Source of the DNA: Klebsiella phage 05F01
Sequence record: LC483177.1
Direction: 5' to 3' (one strand)
Length of the DNA stretch: 64,000 nucleotides
Below, piece after piece: positions 24,216 to 34,557 of this stretch (within the stretch, counting starts at the first letter, position 1; every line of letters starts with the position of its first letter). The position numbers and the translations under genes were made by a program. The notes under the pieces are model-generated. The model did not search any database and had not been told where the DNA came from. It worked only from the letters and a program-made list of their open reading frames with translations.

Positions 24216-25128
24216 ACTTGCTTTAGATGTTAAGTATGGAACATCATGTGATTTCCATAGAATAATTTTACCATATTCATGTTCAAATATTACTTCTAAA
24301 GTTGATACTATCGTATTGAATAGGACACTGACTCAAGGAACACCACATTTGAAACGTATGAAGCGTGATGGGTGGAAAGTTGTTCTTGACTTAGACGATT
24401 ATTGGATGTTAAATAAAGAACATTACCTATACAATCATTATAAAAGCTTAGTTACTGATGTTATCATTGAGAATATAAAACTTGCAGATATTGTAACTGT
24501 AACAAATGTAGAGCTTGCAGAGAAAGTTACTCCGATAAACCCTAATGTGGTAATCGTGCCTAATGCACTACCTTTTGATGAATATCAGTTTACTAAGTCA
24601 CAAGATATTACGTCTAAATCTCCTTTAGTTTATGTAGCAGGTGCATCCCATTATCAAGATAGCTTAATGATGCGTGGAGGAATCAATCCTGCTGAATTGA
24701 CTTTGGCTGGTTATGAAGAAAATCATCCAGAGTGGATTAAAATGAAGGATGCATATCGCAACGCAAGACTAGATTCCCCTTTACCTGTTCATAACTATAT
24801 GAAACTTTATGATGGACATAAGATTGCACTAGCTCCTTTGATTAATAACGAGTTTAACCGTTGCAAGAGTAATCTTAAAGTATTGGAAGCAGGTGCAAAA
24901 GGTATTCCTATTGTATGTTCAAAAGTTTATCCATATTATAATGAAGTTGATAAAGATATTGTATTATATGCGGATTCCAAACCTGATTGGTATTATTTAA
25001 CTAATCGACTCAAAAAAGATAAGTCTTTTTATGAAGATAAAGCTAACTCTTTGATGGAGTTTGTGAGGGAAAAATATAATATGGAAAGTGCAAATAAAAT
25101 TAGACAGCAGGTGATGGATTCTTTATGA
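24205..25128 (+). CDS. Glycosyltransferase-like protein (GT-B/GT4-like)
   Basis: C-terminal LEAGAKGIPIVCS resembles the GT4 E-x7-E region. Confidence 0.35.
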   Translation: MENKLALDVKYGTSCDFHRIILPYSCSNITSKVDTIVLNRTLTQGTPHLKRMKRDGWKVVLDLDDYWMLNKEHYLYNHYKSLVTDVIIENIKLADIVTVTNVELAEKVTPINPNVVIVPNALPFDEYQFTKSQDITSKSPLVYVAGASHYQDSLMMRGGINPAELTLAGYEENHPEWIKMKDAYRNARLDSPLPVHNYMKLYDGHKIALAPLINNEFNRCKSNLKVLEAGAKGIPIVCSKVYPYYNEVDKDIVLYADSKPDWYYLTNRLKKDKSFYEDKANSLMEFVREKYNMESANKIRQQVMDSL

Positions 25129-25385
25129 TTAATAATATTATTACAGTAGATGTGGAAGTAAATGATGAAAGTTATGGTGATATTGTTTTAGAGATATCTT
25201 TTATATTTAATCCGGCAGACCCACTAGATTTTAGTTCTGATTGGAATTATGAAGGAAATATTGATATAACTTCAGTAAAAGCTTATGATGGAAAGCGTGA
25301 GTTAAATAATTATAAACTATCGGATCATGAAGCCTTGAATTTTGTTAAAGCAGCAATTAGAGAGGCAGAATTATCTAAAATGTAG
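25125..25385 (+). CDS. Hypothetical protein
   Basis: 86-aa ORF. Confidence 0.4.
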   Translation: MINNIITVDVEVNDESYGDIVLEISFIFNPADPLDFSSDWNYEGNIDITSVKAYDGKRELNNYKLSDHEALNFVKAAIREAELSKM

Positions 25386-25392
25386 AGGAAAT

Positions 25393-27183
25393 ATGTCTAA
25401 TACTATTACACGGTTTGGAGAGGTAATTGATTTAAGCATCGAGGGTCATACTGGATGCCCTCGTTGTCACTCTAAAGGGAAAGATAATAACAATAACAAT
25501 TTAATGGTTTACGGTTTAAATTTGAAAGGTGAACATCAAGGTGGTTATTGTTTTTCTTGTGAATACACAATCCCTAGTGAAGAGTGGTTGCGTGAACATG
25601 GTGAAGAATTAGAAGAGGAAGAGGAGGAATTAGTGGGAAGTGAGTTTAATCCAGAAATTCATAAGAAGTTAAAAGAACAGACAGGAACAAATCCAAAAGA
25701 GTATCGTGGTATTCGTGAAGATATTTCTAAACCCCTTGGTGTTAGACATTCATATGATTTGGAGAGTGGACTAGTGAATGAAACATTTTACCCCATCACC
25801 AAGAATTATGAGATTTCTGGTTATAAACGCCGAGTTCATCCAAAAGAATTTGCTTCACCTGGTCCAATTGGTGAAACAGGGAAAGATTGTGACCTGTTCT
25901 GTCAGTTTAAATACCGAAATCACAATGGAACATTACTTATTGTAGGTGGTGAACATGACTGTTTAGCTGCAACTCAAATGATTGCAGACAACAATAAGAA
26001 CTCTAAATATCAACTCCCAGCGATTGTATCAGGGACATGTGGCGAAGGTAGTTTGTATAAACAGCTTCAGAACCAATATAAATTCCTAAATCAATTCAAA
26101 AAGATTATTCTTTGCATGGATAATGATGATGCTGGTCGTAAGGCTGTAGAAAAATGTGTTAAAGTCTTGCCACGGAATAAAGTTTATATCATGGATCTGA
26201 CAGAAGTTAAAGACCCTAATGAGGCACTTCAGTTAGGTAAACAAGACCACTTTATCTCTCAGTATATTAAATCTCAAACTAAGCTGTATACTCCTGCTGG
26301 TGTATATGCATCTAATATGTTGTATGAAGCTGCACTTGAATGTCTTGAAGCAAAAGTAATTACTCTTCCAGCTTTCATGCGAGTAGCTGCAAATATGCTA
26401 GGTGGAGGTCTGGTAGAAGAAGAGATTACAGTTATTCTTGCTAAGACAAGTATTGGTAAGACGTTATTGGTCAATGAGATTACAAAGCATATTATCATAA
26501 ATCACCCAGAAAAAACTCTAGGTGTGCTCTCTCTAGAAGCAACTTATAAGAAATACTCACGTAACCTTTTGTCATCTTTCTTGCATATCCCTCTTCATCG
26601 TAAGACTGTTGAAGAGAAAAAGCTTATTCTTGAAGATAATAAAGATAAAATTGAACGCTTCTATACTCATGAAGATGGTCGTCCTAAATTCTTCGTGTGT
26701 GATGACCGTGGGGCTAATGTAGAGGATATCAAAGAGAAAGTGCTAGAAATGATCCAAAGCTATGGTGTAGATATTCTTGTCATAGACCCATATTCTGACT
26801 TACTTTCTGGTATGGATGTTTCTGCTCAAGAAGAGCTAGCCACCTGGTTGAAGCGTATTATGAAGGAATTTGGGATTACTATCATTGTAATTTCTCATGT
26901 GAAGAAATCTGCTAACAACACAGCGGAACACATCACTGAGGACGATGCAATGGGCAGTAGCTTCCTTGCTAAAGGTGCAGGTATCACTATTGCACTTGAA
27001 CGAGATAAGCAAGCAGAGAGCGTTATAGAACGAAATAGGACCTATTGTTATATTCTCAAGAACCGTGAATTCTCTGAGACTGGACCTGCTGGTAGCTTTT
27101 ACTATGACATCCCTACAGCAGCACTGCATGACTATGACACATACTTTGAAGGTGCAGACCCTCAACAAAAAGATGCAGCATAG
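25393..27183 (+). CDS. DNA primase/helicase (T7 gp4-like bifunctional)
   Basis: Zn-binding CPRCHS...CFSCEY. TOPRIM LCMDNDDAGRKA. Helicase Walker A LAKTSIGKTLL and Walker B VLVIDPYSDL. The start was moved to ATG 25393 after GAGGAAAT. Confidence 0.8.
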   Translation: MSNTITRFGEVIDLSIEGHTGCPRCHSKGKDNNNNNLMVYGLNLKGEHQGGYCFSCEYTIPSEEWLREHGEELEEEEEELVGSEFNPEIHKKLKEQTGTNPKEYRGIREDISKPLGVRHSYDLESGLVNETFYPITKNYEISGYKRRVHPKEFASPGPIGETGKDCDLFCQFKYRNHNGTLLIVGGEHDCLAATQMIADNNKNSKYQLPAIVSGTCGEGSLYKQLQNQYKFLNQFKKIILCMDNDDAGRKAVEKCVKVLPRNKVYIMDLTEVKDPNEALQLGKQDHFISQYIKSQTKLYTPAGVYASNMLYEAALECLEAKVITLPAFMRVAANMLGGGLVEEEITVILAKTSIGKTLLVNEITKHIIINHPEKTLGVLSLEATYKKYSRNLLSSFLHIPLHRKTVEEKKLILEDNKDKIERFYTHEDGRPKFFVCDDRGANVEDIKEKVLEMIQSYGVDILVIDPYSDLLSGMDVSAQEELATWLKRIMKEFGITIIVISHVKKSANNTAEHITEDDAMGSSFLAKGAGITIALERDKQAESVIERNRTYCYILKNREFSETGPAGSFYYDIPTAALHDYDTYFEGADPQQKDAA

Positions 27184-27186
27184 TGC

Positions 27187-27215
27187 TTGACATACCTAAC
27201 CTCCTCTTGTAAGAT
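27187..27215 (+). promoter_or_regulatory. Sigma70-like promoter (TTGACA-17-TAAGAT)
   Basis: Identical hexamers and spacing to the promoter at 13606. Confidence 0.55.
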
Positions 27216-27247
27216 TAGTCACATCAAACACAAGAGGAGAAACAAAA

Positions 27248-27673
27248 ATGCGTATGACTTTAAACCTGAAAGCAAAAATCGAAAAAGCTGGTGCACTTGG
27301 TAAAGGTGTTGCTAAAAACGGACAAGCAATTGCTTTTGCTATGCCACATATGATTTGTGAAGACAATCAAGATTTTGAGATTGTCCATCTAGATAACATT
27401 ACTGTGATTCGTCATAAACTCACTGGAAAGAGCTACAAAGTTTGTTGTTCTAAATCATACCGCTTTGACATCAGCCCTTCCTTTACTAAAGGTGTTGGAC
27501 GTAGTAAAGATAAGATTTACTCTTATAAATACTACATTAATAAAGTTGCTGATGGTATTGCTTTCTGTCATGTTGCAAATAAAGAGTCTGTAGAAATTAT
27601 TTTCAAAGACACCAAGAATATTGTTCATAACGAGGATGGTATTGTTCACCTAATGGGAGATTATATTGAGTAA
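27248..27673 (+). CDS. Hypothetical protein
   Basis: 141-aa ORF with RBS AAGAGGAGA. Confidence 0.5.
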   Translation: MRMTLNLKAKIEKAGALGKGVAKNGQAIAFAMPHMICEDNQDFEIVHLDNITVIRHKLTGKSYKVCCSKSYRFDISPSFTKGVGRSKDKIYSYKYYINKVADGIAFCHVANKESVEIIFKDTKNIVHNEDGIVHLMGDYIE

Positions 27674-28439
27674 ACGTAATACTTTAGACCAGTATTACAC
27701 TAACCCAGAATATGCCGCATATCTTTGCGGCATTATTCATTCTAAGTGTAAGACTAAAAATTTTATTGAACCTTCAGCAGGATCTGGGGCATTTTCCAAA
27801 AACTTTGAATCAATAACATCATATGATATACATCCAATGTTTGATGGTTGTATCGAAAAAGACTTCTTGTCTATAAACCCAGATTCATTTCCAGATTCTT
27901 TAACATTTGTTGGAAATCCCCCATTTGGTAAAAATTCAAGTCTTGCTGTAAAATTCTTCAATCACTGTGCTATTAAATGTGATTATATCTGCTTTATATT
28001 ACCTAAAACATTCAAAAAGATATTTTTCAAAGATAAATTGAATAGTTCTATGCACTTAGTATTCGAAGTTGATTGTCCAGATAATGCATTTATTCTTAAT
28101 GGACAAACTTGGGATGTCCCTTGTGTATTCCAAATATGGGAGAAGAGTTCTTTTCGAAGAGAAAAAACTTATTTAGGACCTAATAAATGGTTTATTCAGT
28201 CAAATGAAAAGGATTACGATATCGCTGTTCGTAGGGCTGGAGGTAATGCAGGTAAAGTTTTAACAGATGGGGATTCACTTACACCAAGTTCAACATACTT
28301 CCTTAAGTCTAAAGTAGATAATCTTGATATTTATATTAGGAATATATACTCAGAATTGAGAGAGGAAGCCAGTAAAACTGCCGGAGTAAGGAGTTTAAGT
28401 TTAAGGGAATTGCAGTATATACTTGACATGAATTACTAA
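27666..28439 (+). CDS. N6-adenine DNA methyltransferase (gamma-class)
   Basis: Motif I EPSAGSGAF and motif IV VGNPPFG (NPPF), in the order typical of gamma-class amino-methyltransferases. A TTG start is likely. Confidence 0.7.
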   Translation: MSKRNTLDQYYTNPEYAAYLCGIIHSKCKTKNFIEPSAGSGAFSKNFESITSYDIHPMFDGCIEKDFLSINPDSFPDSLTFVGNPPFGKNSSLAVKFFNHCAIKCDYICFILPKTFKKIFFKDKLNSSMHLVFEVDCPDNAFILNGQTWDVPCVFQIWEKSSFRREKTYLGPNKWFIQSNEKDYDIAVRRAGGNAGKVLTDGDSLTPSSTYFLKSKVDNLDIYIRNIYSELREEASKTAGVRSLSLRELQYILDMNY

Positions 28440-28474
28440 TTAATGTAGAGTATTGCCCTTTATTAGGAGGATAG

Positions 28475-30649
28475 ATGAAGCAAATAACAAACTGGAGTCA
28501 AGCAACAGTATTCGACTGTGAAACTAATGGCCTCCTTAAAGAGGCAGTCCTTTACCATGTATTAAGCTTCCAAATGAAAGGTAAAGAAAATCCCTCTAGT
28601 ATCCCTGGAGAAGTGAAAGATCGATTAATAAACTTCTTCAAGTGGCACCTAGATAACAAAGTCCCTGTAGTAGCTCACAATGCTATTCTTTATGATATCC
28701 CGGTTGCGGAAAAACTATTAGGACTAGACCTCTCTGAGTTAATGGTAATTGATACATTGCCCCTTAGCTGGTACCTCAATGTTAATCGGAAGCAACACGG
28801 TTTAGATAGTTTCCACGCGGATTATGGTATTGAAAAACCAAAAATTGAGGATTGGAGTAATCTTTCTTACGAAGAATATAAGCATCGTTGTCAAGAAGAC
28901 GTTAAAATTAACGTGGCACTCTGGGAAGATTTTAAAGAGCGTTTAGTTGATATGTATACTAAAGCTAAAGATGCAATAGATGCAGGTTTAGTTGGTGGTA
29001 AACGTATTAGTGATGATGAAGTTATTTATATAGACAGATTGAAAGGTATTCCTGTTGAACAGCATATTGACCGAATATTGACATTCTTGATGGGTAAGAT
29101 GGATACATACCGTTTACAGGAAAAGCGTGGATTTCTAATGGATGTAGAACACTTAGTCATGAAAGATAAAGAATTCGATGAAAAGATTAATAGTGTTAAA
29201 ACAGAGTTAGAGTCTGTCATGCCGATGGTACCTGAGTATACTAAGAGGAAAAAACCTAAAGAGTTATTTAAAAAGAATGGAGATTACTCTGTATCTGGTG
29301 CTAAGTGGATTGAACTCGTAAGAAAATATAAAGAGAAAGAACTTGATGAGCACGGTAATCAAATAGTCATAATTAGTGATAATGAGATTAAAGATTCTGA
29401 GGGAAGAGTTAGATCTGCTGATTTTATTGAAGAGTTTAAAGAGATTACTAAATACAAACCAGCAAATGCAAACTCAGTTGACCAGATCAAATCCTTGCTT
29501 TATTCTCATGGTTGGGTTCCAGAGTCCTTTAATGAGGTAGATGATGAACCTGCAATTGAGAAATGGATTGCTAATGGAAAACGATGGAAAGATAAGCCAC
29601 CAAAACGAAAAGTCCCTCAAGTAACTATTAAAGGTGAGGATGGGAAAGAACTATGTCCTTCTGTAGAACGTTTAGCAGAAGATGTACCTCAAATCAAACT
29701 GTATTCAAACTACAACTTAGTTAAACATCGGTCTGGTGTTATTAAGGGATTCCTTAAGAATATGGACCCGGATACTCACCACATTGAAGCATCTATCGGA
29801 GGACTTACAAATACATTACGTGTATGTCATCGTAACGTTGTAAACTTAGTGGGGGTAGATAAACCCTATGGTGAAGATATCCGTGGAGCATTCATTGCAG
29901 GTGAAGGTAATATTGCATTAGGTAGTGACCTCTCTTCATTGGAAGATAGGGTTAAACACCACTTCATGATCCCCCATGATCCTGAGTATGTAAAAACCAT
30001 GATGGCACCTGATTTTGATCCTCACATTCTTATGGCTTTAGTGGCTAAATTTATTACACAAGAAGAATTTGATAATTTTAAGAAAGATAAAGACCATGCA
30101 CCTAAGCATGTTAAATCTGCAAGGAAATCAGGAAAATCAACAAACTATGCCAGCCAATATAATGCAGGTGGACCAACAATTGCTAAGACTGCTGGAGTAA
30201 GTGAAGCTGAAGGTTATATACTTCATGAAGCTTATTGGGACCTTAACTGGAGTATTAAAAAGATTGCTGAGGAACAAGTTGTTATTGAGACTTGTCGGAA
30301 TATTAGAGACCCTTTAAAATGGCTCATTAACCCAATTAACGGTATGTTATATAATATCCGCAAAGAAGGGGACATATTCTCTACTTTGTGTCAAGGGACT
30401 GGTAGCTTTTTCTTTGATATGTGGATTGACAATGTTCTTAATGCAATGTATGATGCATTTAAAATGAAAACTATTTCTCTTCAAATGCATGATGAGGGTG
30501 TTTGGGTATTTAAGGACACTGAGAAATTTAGAAAAATGTTCTATGGTTTTGTTGACAATGCAATCAAAAAGGTTAATGTTGATTACCTGCTACGCCGGGA
30601 GTTGGCATGTGATATTCAATTCGGACACCGTTACAGTGAAATTCACTAA
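28475..30649 (+). CDS. DNA polymerase, family A, with a 3'-5' exonuclease domain
   Basis: Exo I VFDCETNGL. Motif A GSDLSSLEDR. Motif B RKSGKSTNYASQYNAGG. Motif C QMHDEG. Confidence 0.85.
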   Translation: MKQITNWSQATVFDCETNGLLKEAVLYHVLSFQMKGKENPSSIPGEVKDRLINFFKWHLDNKVPVVAHNAILYDIPVAEKLLGLDLSELMVIDTLPLSWYLNVNRKQHGLDSFHADYGIEKPKIEDWSNLSYEEYKHRCQEDVKINVALWEDFKERLVDMYTKAKDAIDAGLVGGKRISDDEVIYIDRLKGIPVEQHIDRILTFLMGKMDTYRLQEKRGFLMDVEHLVMKDKEFDEKINSVKTELESVMPMVPEYTKRKKPKELFKKNGDYSVSGAKWIELVRKYKEKELDEHGNQIVIISDNEIKDSEGRVRSADFIEEFKEITKYKPANANSVDQIKSLLYSHGWVPESFNEVDDEPAIEKWIANGKRWKDKPPKRKVPQVTIKGEDGKELCPSVERLAEDVPQIKLYSNYNLVKHRSGVIKGFLKNMDPDTHHIEASIGGLTNTLRVCHRNVVNLVGVDKPYGEDIRGAFIAGEGNIALGSDLSSLEDRVKHHFMIPHDPEYVKTMMAPDFDPHILMALVAKFITQEEFDNFKKDKDHAPKHVKSARKSGKSTNYASQYNAGGPTIAKTAGVSEAEGYILHEAYWDLNWSIKKIAEEQVVIETCRNIRDPLKWLINPINGMLYNIRKEGDIFSTLCQGTGSFFFDMWIDNVLNAMYDAFKMKTISLQMHDEGVWVFKDTEKFRKMFYGFVDNAIKKVNVDYLLRRELACDIQFGHRYSEIH

Positions 30650-30658
30650 GGAGAAATT

Positions 30659-31246
30659 ATGAATTATAATTTTGTAACTGCACAGTATCAAAGATCTGTT
30701 GCTAAAGACCTTCTTTCTCAAATCTCTATTGTAGATCCTTCAGCTATCTTGGCTGGAGGTGCTGTAAGAGATTGGTATCTAGGTGCACCTGCTAAAGATT
30801 TAGACATCTATGTTAGATGCCCTAATCACCAGACATACGATGATAAAGTGGATATGCTTACTAAAGTTGGTTTAGAAAATATTAAACCGTTATCCAAAAA
30901 TGGCGCAGCAAACTATGCTTCTTTACCAGGGCTATTGTCTGTATTTGAGGGAGATTATTGTGGAATGAGAGTTAATATTATGTTTATGAACACTTATTCA
31001 TATGGTGAAAATATTATCAAAGAATTTGACTGTAGTATTTGTGAGTGTTTTATGAACAAAGATGGTGAGTATTTTTACAGTAATAACTTCCTCAAAACAA
31101 TCGAATCTAAAGTTATTTTTGTGAATGAACGTTATACAGGTAATGAGCAGCATGTTATTAAGATGGCTGAACGTTTTCCAGAGTATATTTTAGCTAAAAT
31201 AATTAAGAAGTCTAAAAAAGAACTTGACTCATTTGAGAAATTTTGA
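30659..31246 (+). CDS. Minimal Pol-beta-superfamily nucleotidyltransferase (CCA-adding enzyme head-domain-like)
   Basis: LAGGAVRDWYLGAPAKDLDIYV matches the CCA-enzyme/poly(A) polymerase head motif (GGaVRDxxLGxxxKDxDi). Confidence 0.5.
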   Translation: MNYNFVTAQYQRSVAKDLLSQISIVDPSAILAGGAVRDWYLGAPAKDLDIYVRCPNHQTYDDKVDMLTKVGLENIKPLSKNGAANYASLPGLLSVFEGDYCGMRVNIMFMNTYSYGENIIKEFDCSICECFMNKDGEYFYSNNFLKTIESKVIFVNERYTGNEQHVIKMAERFPEYILAKIIKKSKKELDSFEKF

Positions 31247-31250
31247 TAAT

Positions 31251-31664
31251 ATGACGATATCAAATCAAAACAAAGTTAAAGTCTTGGATGTGGAACTTGA
31301 GTATGTCCCAAACAAACCTACATCAAGACTTTCTTTATCTTACTTCAATCCTGATGTAGATTATGGATTTTTTATTCAATTCATCTCCTTTCAATTAGGG
31401 GAGTTCATACTCCAGACAAGGGTAGATGATAGTGAATACATATCTATTTCTATAAAGAAAAAAGAATTTATGCTTATTCAAGATTCTTTCTGTCACATTA
31501 TTGATAATGAAGATACTATGGCGGAACTTAAACTTGGAGAGCATAATATACAGATAGTGAATATAAAAAACACTATCGGTATGCAGGTAGGTAAAATGCG
31601 ATACAGGATTCCAAAAGAATCTGTAATTAAATTAAGAAAATTCTCGGTAGAGATCTTTGACTGA
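31251..31664 (+). CDS. Hypothetical protein
   Basis: The ORF frame is 31224..31664. The first ATG is at 31251. Confidence 0.4.
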   Translation: MTISNQNKVKVLDVELEYVPNKPTSRLSLSYFNPDVDYGFFIQFISFQLGEFILQTRVDDSEYISISIKKKEFMLIQDSFCHIIDNEDTMAELKLGEHNIQIVNIKNTIGMQVGKMRYRIPKESVIKLRKFSVEIFD

Positions 31665-31689
31665 AAAACTAGTGAATAAAGGAGAGTAA

Positions 31690-32547
31690 ATGTCTGTAAT
31701 TAAAACTGAAACTGATCGTAAAGGTAAAACTGTAACTTACGCAACAGGTATTATTGATTTTGTTAAGCTGGATAAGTTTGCAGAACCAAAAACATTCCAT
31801 TGGGATGGTAAAGCGATTGTTTCTACCCACCGAGCATCTATTGCCATTAAAGAGAAAGGTGCAAAGCCAGAAGACAAAGGTATTTGGATCGGACTTGGTG
31901 ATATTGAACTTAAAGAAGGTTATGAAAATCTTCAGGTTAAGGTTGATGATAAATATGTCACCTTAGTGAAAGGTGTCGAGGTTAGCATTGACATTGATAA
32001 AGTGGATAAAAAAGGTGATAAAGTTTACTATAACACCAAAAAATCTCGTATCTCTGTCATCTCAACTGAAGGGGCTATTCAACCTCCTCAGAAAGGAACT
32101 AAAAACGATTCTAAGCCTACTTCTCAGAAACCACGCGATAACACTGGACAGTTGGTAGGACATGCTGTAGGTGGCGCTGCTACTCTTCGTGAGCGTGGTA
32201 ATGAAGTAGACCTGATTGACTTAGCTAAGTTGTTCCATGAAGCTACTTCAGAAGCAAAAGATATCATTGCTAAAGAAAGTTCACTCAATGAGTATGAACT
32301 TGGTGCAGGTGTAGGTAACGCTATTAACAGTGCTGCTAAAATTGTTGATATTAACTCAGAAGACCTTAAAGGTGAACTCGTTAATGTAGCAATTGATATC
32401 TATCGTAATGTAAGTGTGCCTATGCATGATTTTATTAAATCAGGAACAAAAACCACTGAACTTCCTAAAGTAGAAAAGAAAAAGGAAACTAAACCAGTAA
32501 AATCTGAAGAACCTCCAATGGACTTCGATGATGATATTCCGTTTTAA
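31690..32547 (+). CDS. ssb: Single-stranded DNA-binding protein
   Basis: The C-terminus PPMDFDDDIPF is identical to the conserved acidic tip of bacterial SSB. A Gly/Gln-rich linker precedes it. Confidence 0.7.
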   Translation: MSVIKTETDRKGKTVTYATGIIDFVKLDKFAEPKTFHWDGKAIVSTHRASIAIKEKGAKPEDKGIWIGLGDIELKEGYENLQVKVDDKYVTLVKGVEVSIDIDKVDKKGDKVYYNTKKSRISVISTEGAIQPPQKGTKNDSKPTSQKPRDNTGQLVGHAVGGAATLRERGNEVDLIDLAKLFHEATSEAKDIIAKESSLNEYELGAGVGNAINSAAKIVDINSEDLKGELVNVAIDIYRNVSVPMHDFIKSGTKTTELPKVEKKKETKPVKSEEPPMDFDDDIPF

Positions 32548-32551
32548 TATA

Positions 32552-32582
32552 AATAAAGGGAGCCTAATGGCTCCCTTTTCTT
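32552..32582. terminator. Bidirectional rho-independent terminator between convergent modules (AAGGGAGCC-TAAT-GGCTCCCTT)
   Basis: Perfect 9-bp GC stem flanked by an A-run on the 5' side and a T-run on the 3' side. Plus-strand early genes and minus-strand late genes converge here. Confidence 0.7.
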
Positions 32583-32882
32583 TTATACTAACTTAGCTCC
32601 AGAAAAACTATCAAGAGATAGTAGATAGCTATCAACCTGGCTAAAGATATCTCCGCTATCTGAATTATAATTAAAACTATATGTCTGTAAAAGAGGTGCC
32701 TCTATGTTATTTAAAACAGTAGAAACTTGAGCAGTGACAATATTGTCAGCTATTGTCACACTTTTTACAGTGAAAACTGCACTTACTTCAAGGGTCTCTG
32801 TCCCTAGCTGGATTCCAAACTCCGGGACTACCTTTAAAACTGAAACTTCTTTATTTAGTGATATTGCCATTACTGTTCCCAT
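32583..32882 (-). CDS. Hypothetical protein (last gene of the late operon)
   Basis: 99-aa ORF. Confidence 0.4.
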   Translation of the reverse strand: MGTVMAISLNKEVSVLKVVPEFGIQLGTETLEVSAVFTVKSVTIADNIVTAQVSTVLNNIEAPLLQTYSFNYNSDSGDIFSQVDSYLLSLDSFSGAKLV

Positions 32883-34549
32883 CCAATATTATTACCAGAA
32901 TTTCCTGAAATATCTTTATTACTATTTACTGTCCCTGCGCCTATTGCAGGGGAATTAAAACTTAAAGAGATAATTTTAATTGCTTCTTTAAGACCTGCGG
33001 GAGGTACTTTAGGAGGCATAAAATTAAATTCAGGGTCTGTGAAGTAATTAGATTCGGTCGTTACTCCAGGTAAGCTTGGAGTGCTAGACCCCCATTTTTC
33101 AGAATAAAAGATATTATTTGAAAATTTAAACTTAGTCATTAATGCACCAAAAGAGTCCACATCCTTCTGGCTTATTAAACTTGTAGCATTCCTATTTTTC
33201 CAATAGAAAATACAACTATCTACTAACATAGAATTTGCTGTGGTATTATCATCAGTCTGCGGGTTACACGCTAAGATATAATCATTCTCTGTTGAAACAG
33301 TGTCAATAAAAACAATGTTTCTTGCAGTATTATTATAACAATACCTATAGGCCGCTGCTTTTCTCCAGTAGATATCTTCAGACCTTTTTGTTCTTCCTAT
33401 TCCATCGTTATATGATAAAATGTATTCATATACATTATCATAGCAGCCAGCACCATATGTGTAATACAGCGTATATGGGTCTGTACTTAGAGGTGTATAC
33501 CCATGCCCAGAATACCAACTATTTGAGAATGGCCCTTGAATAAACATAAAAGATTTAGCATTGTTGGTTGTATATCCCCAACGCATGACACAATTATTAC
33601 AATGCCAATCAAAATCTAAGGCATACCTGTCCGGCTTACCGGGACCAGATCCATGTACCTCAAAATTTTGTCCTGTAACATAAGAGCACATAGTCATCCA
33701 TAGAGGCACACCATATCTTGCTGTAGTATATCCATAAGGGTCTGTATTAGGGTTATAAACATTAGTTTTATAAGAAGAGTAATATATTCCATCAAAGCCC
33801 GATTCCATATCATCCGTTCTTACGTTTCTATTTTTATTTTTACTAGCACACCCTGCTAATAAAACCCCATAATTTATAATATTAGTAAAAGATACATCTA
33901 TAACTCTAACACCATAACTTTTCTTTTGATCTCCCCTGTATGTCGTAGTATCTGATAAGTGGGGATTACCTCTGACAAATATTCCACAATTAACATGGTC
34001 AGCATATATATCATGTATATATATTTTATGTGCAATATTATTGGCTCCACCATTATCTACAAGTAATAAGATCATAGATATTTCTTTACTTCCTACAGAC
34101 CCACCTATAGACTCAGGTGTACCGATAAAATCTAAATTATAGAATTCTAAATTACATAGATTACTATTTGCAGTATTTCCGTAAGGAACACCATATAAAT
34201 AACCACCGGTAAATTCACCACCGCTAGGTGGTGAGATCTGTAAGTCATGAAAAGCAACATTCATTAAACTAGAATATAAATGTCTTTTATCTAGTCCCAT
34301 AGAAAACCATATTGGTTTTTTCCCTTCCCCATAGGATGTAATATGACTTTGTGTTGTTGATGTGTTATAAAATATTGAGTTTGTTGTCAAATCTTGGTAA
34401 GACCAACTAAATGTTGTTCCTCTTTTTATATAAATAGTATAGGGGAAAGAAACGCCTGATGAAACTAAAGCATCCATACTATTAAATGGGGATTCTTTTG
34501 ATCCATTACCATTGATATTTTGAGATGGATCTACATAATAATAATTCAT
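32870..34549 (-). CDS. Tailspike/depolymerase-like protein (right-handed beta-helix, pectate-lyase-like)
   Basis: N-terminal NGNGSKESPFNSMDALV resembles the pectate-lyase-type tailspike signature. The start was moved to ATG 34549 after AGAGGAAAA. Confidence 0.5.
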   Translation of the reverse strand: MNYYYVDPSQNINGNGSKESPFNSMDALVSSGVSFPYTIYIKRGTTFSWSYQDLTTNSIFYNTSTTQSHITSYGEGKKPIWFSMGLDKRHLYSSLMNVAFHDLQISPPSGGEFTGGYLYGVPYGNTANSNLCNLEFYNLDFIGTPESIGGSVGSKEISMILLLVDNGGANNIAHKIYIHDIYADHVNCGIFVRGNPHLSDTTTYRGDQKKSYGVRVIDVSFTNIINYGVLLAGCASKNKNRNVRTDDMESGFDGIYYSSYKTNVYNPNTDPYGYTTARYGVPLWMTMCSYVTGQNFEVHGSGPGKPDRYALDFDWHCNNCVMRWGYTTNNAKSFMFIQGPFSNSWYSGHGYTPLSTDPYTLYYTYGAGCYDNVYEYILSYNDGIGRTKRSEDIYWRKAAAYRYCYNNTARNIVFIDTVSTENDYILACNPQTDDNTTANSMLVDSCIFYWKNRNATSLISQKDVDSFGALMTKFKFSNNIFYSEKWGSSTPSLPGVTTESNYFTDPEFNFMPPKVPPAGLKEAIKIISLSFNSPAIGAGTVNSNKDISGNSGNNIGWEQ

Positions 34550-34557
34550 TTTTCCTC

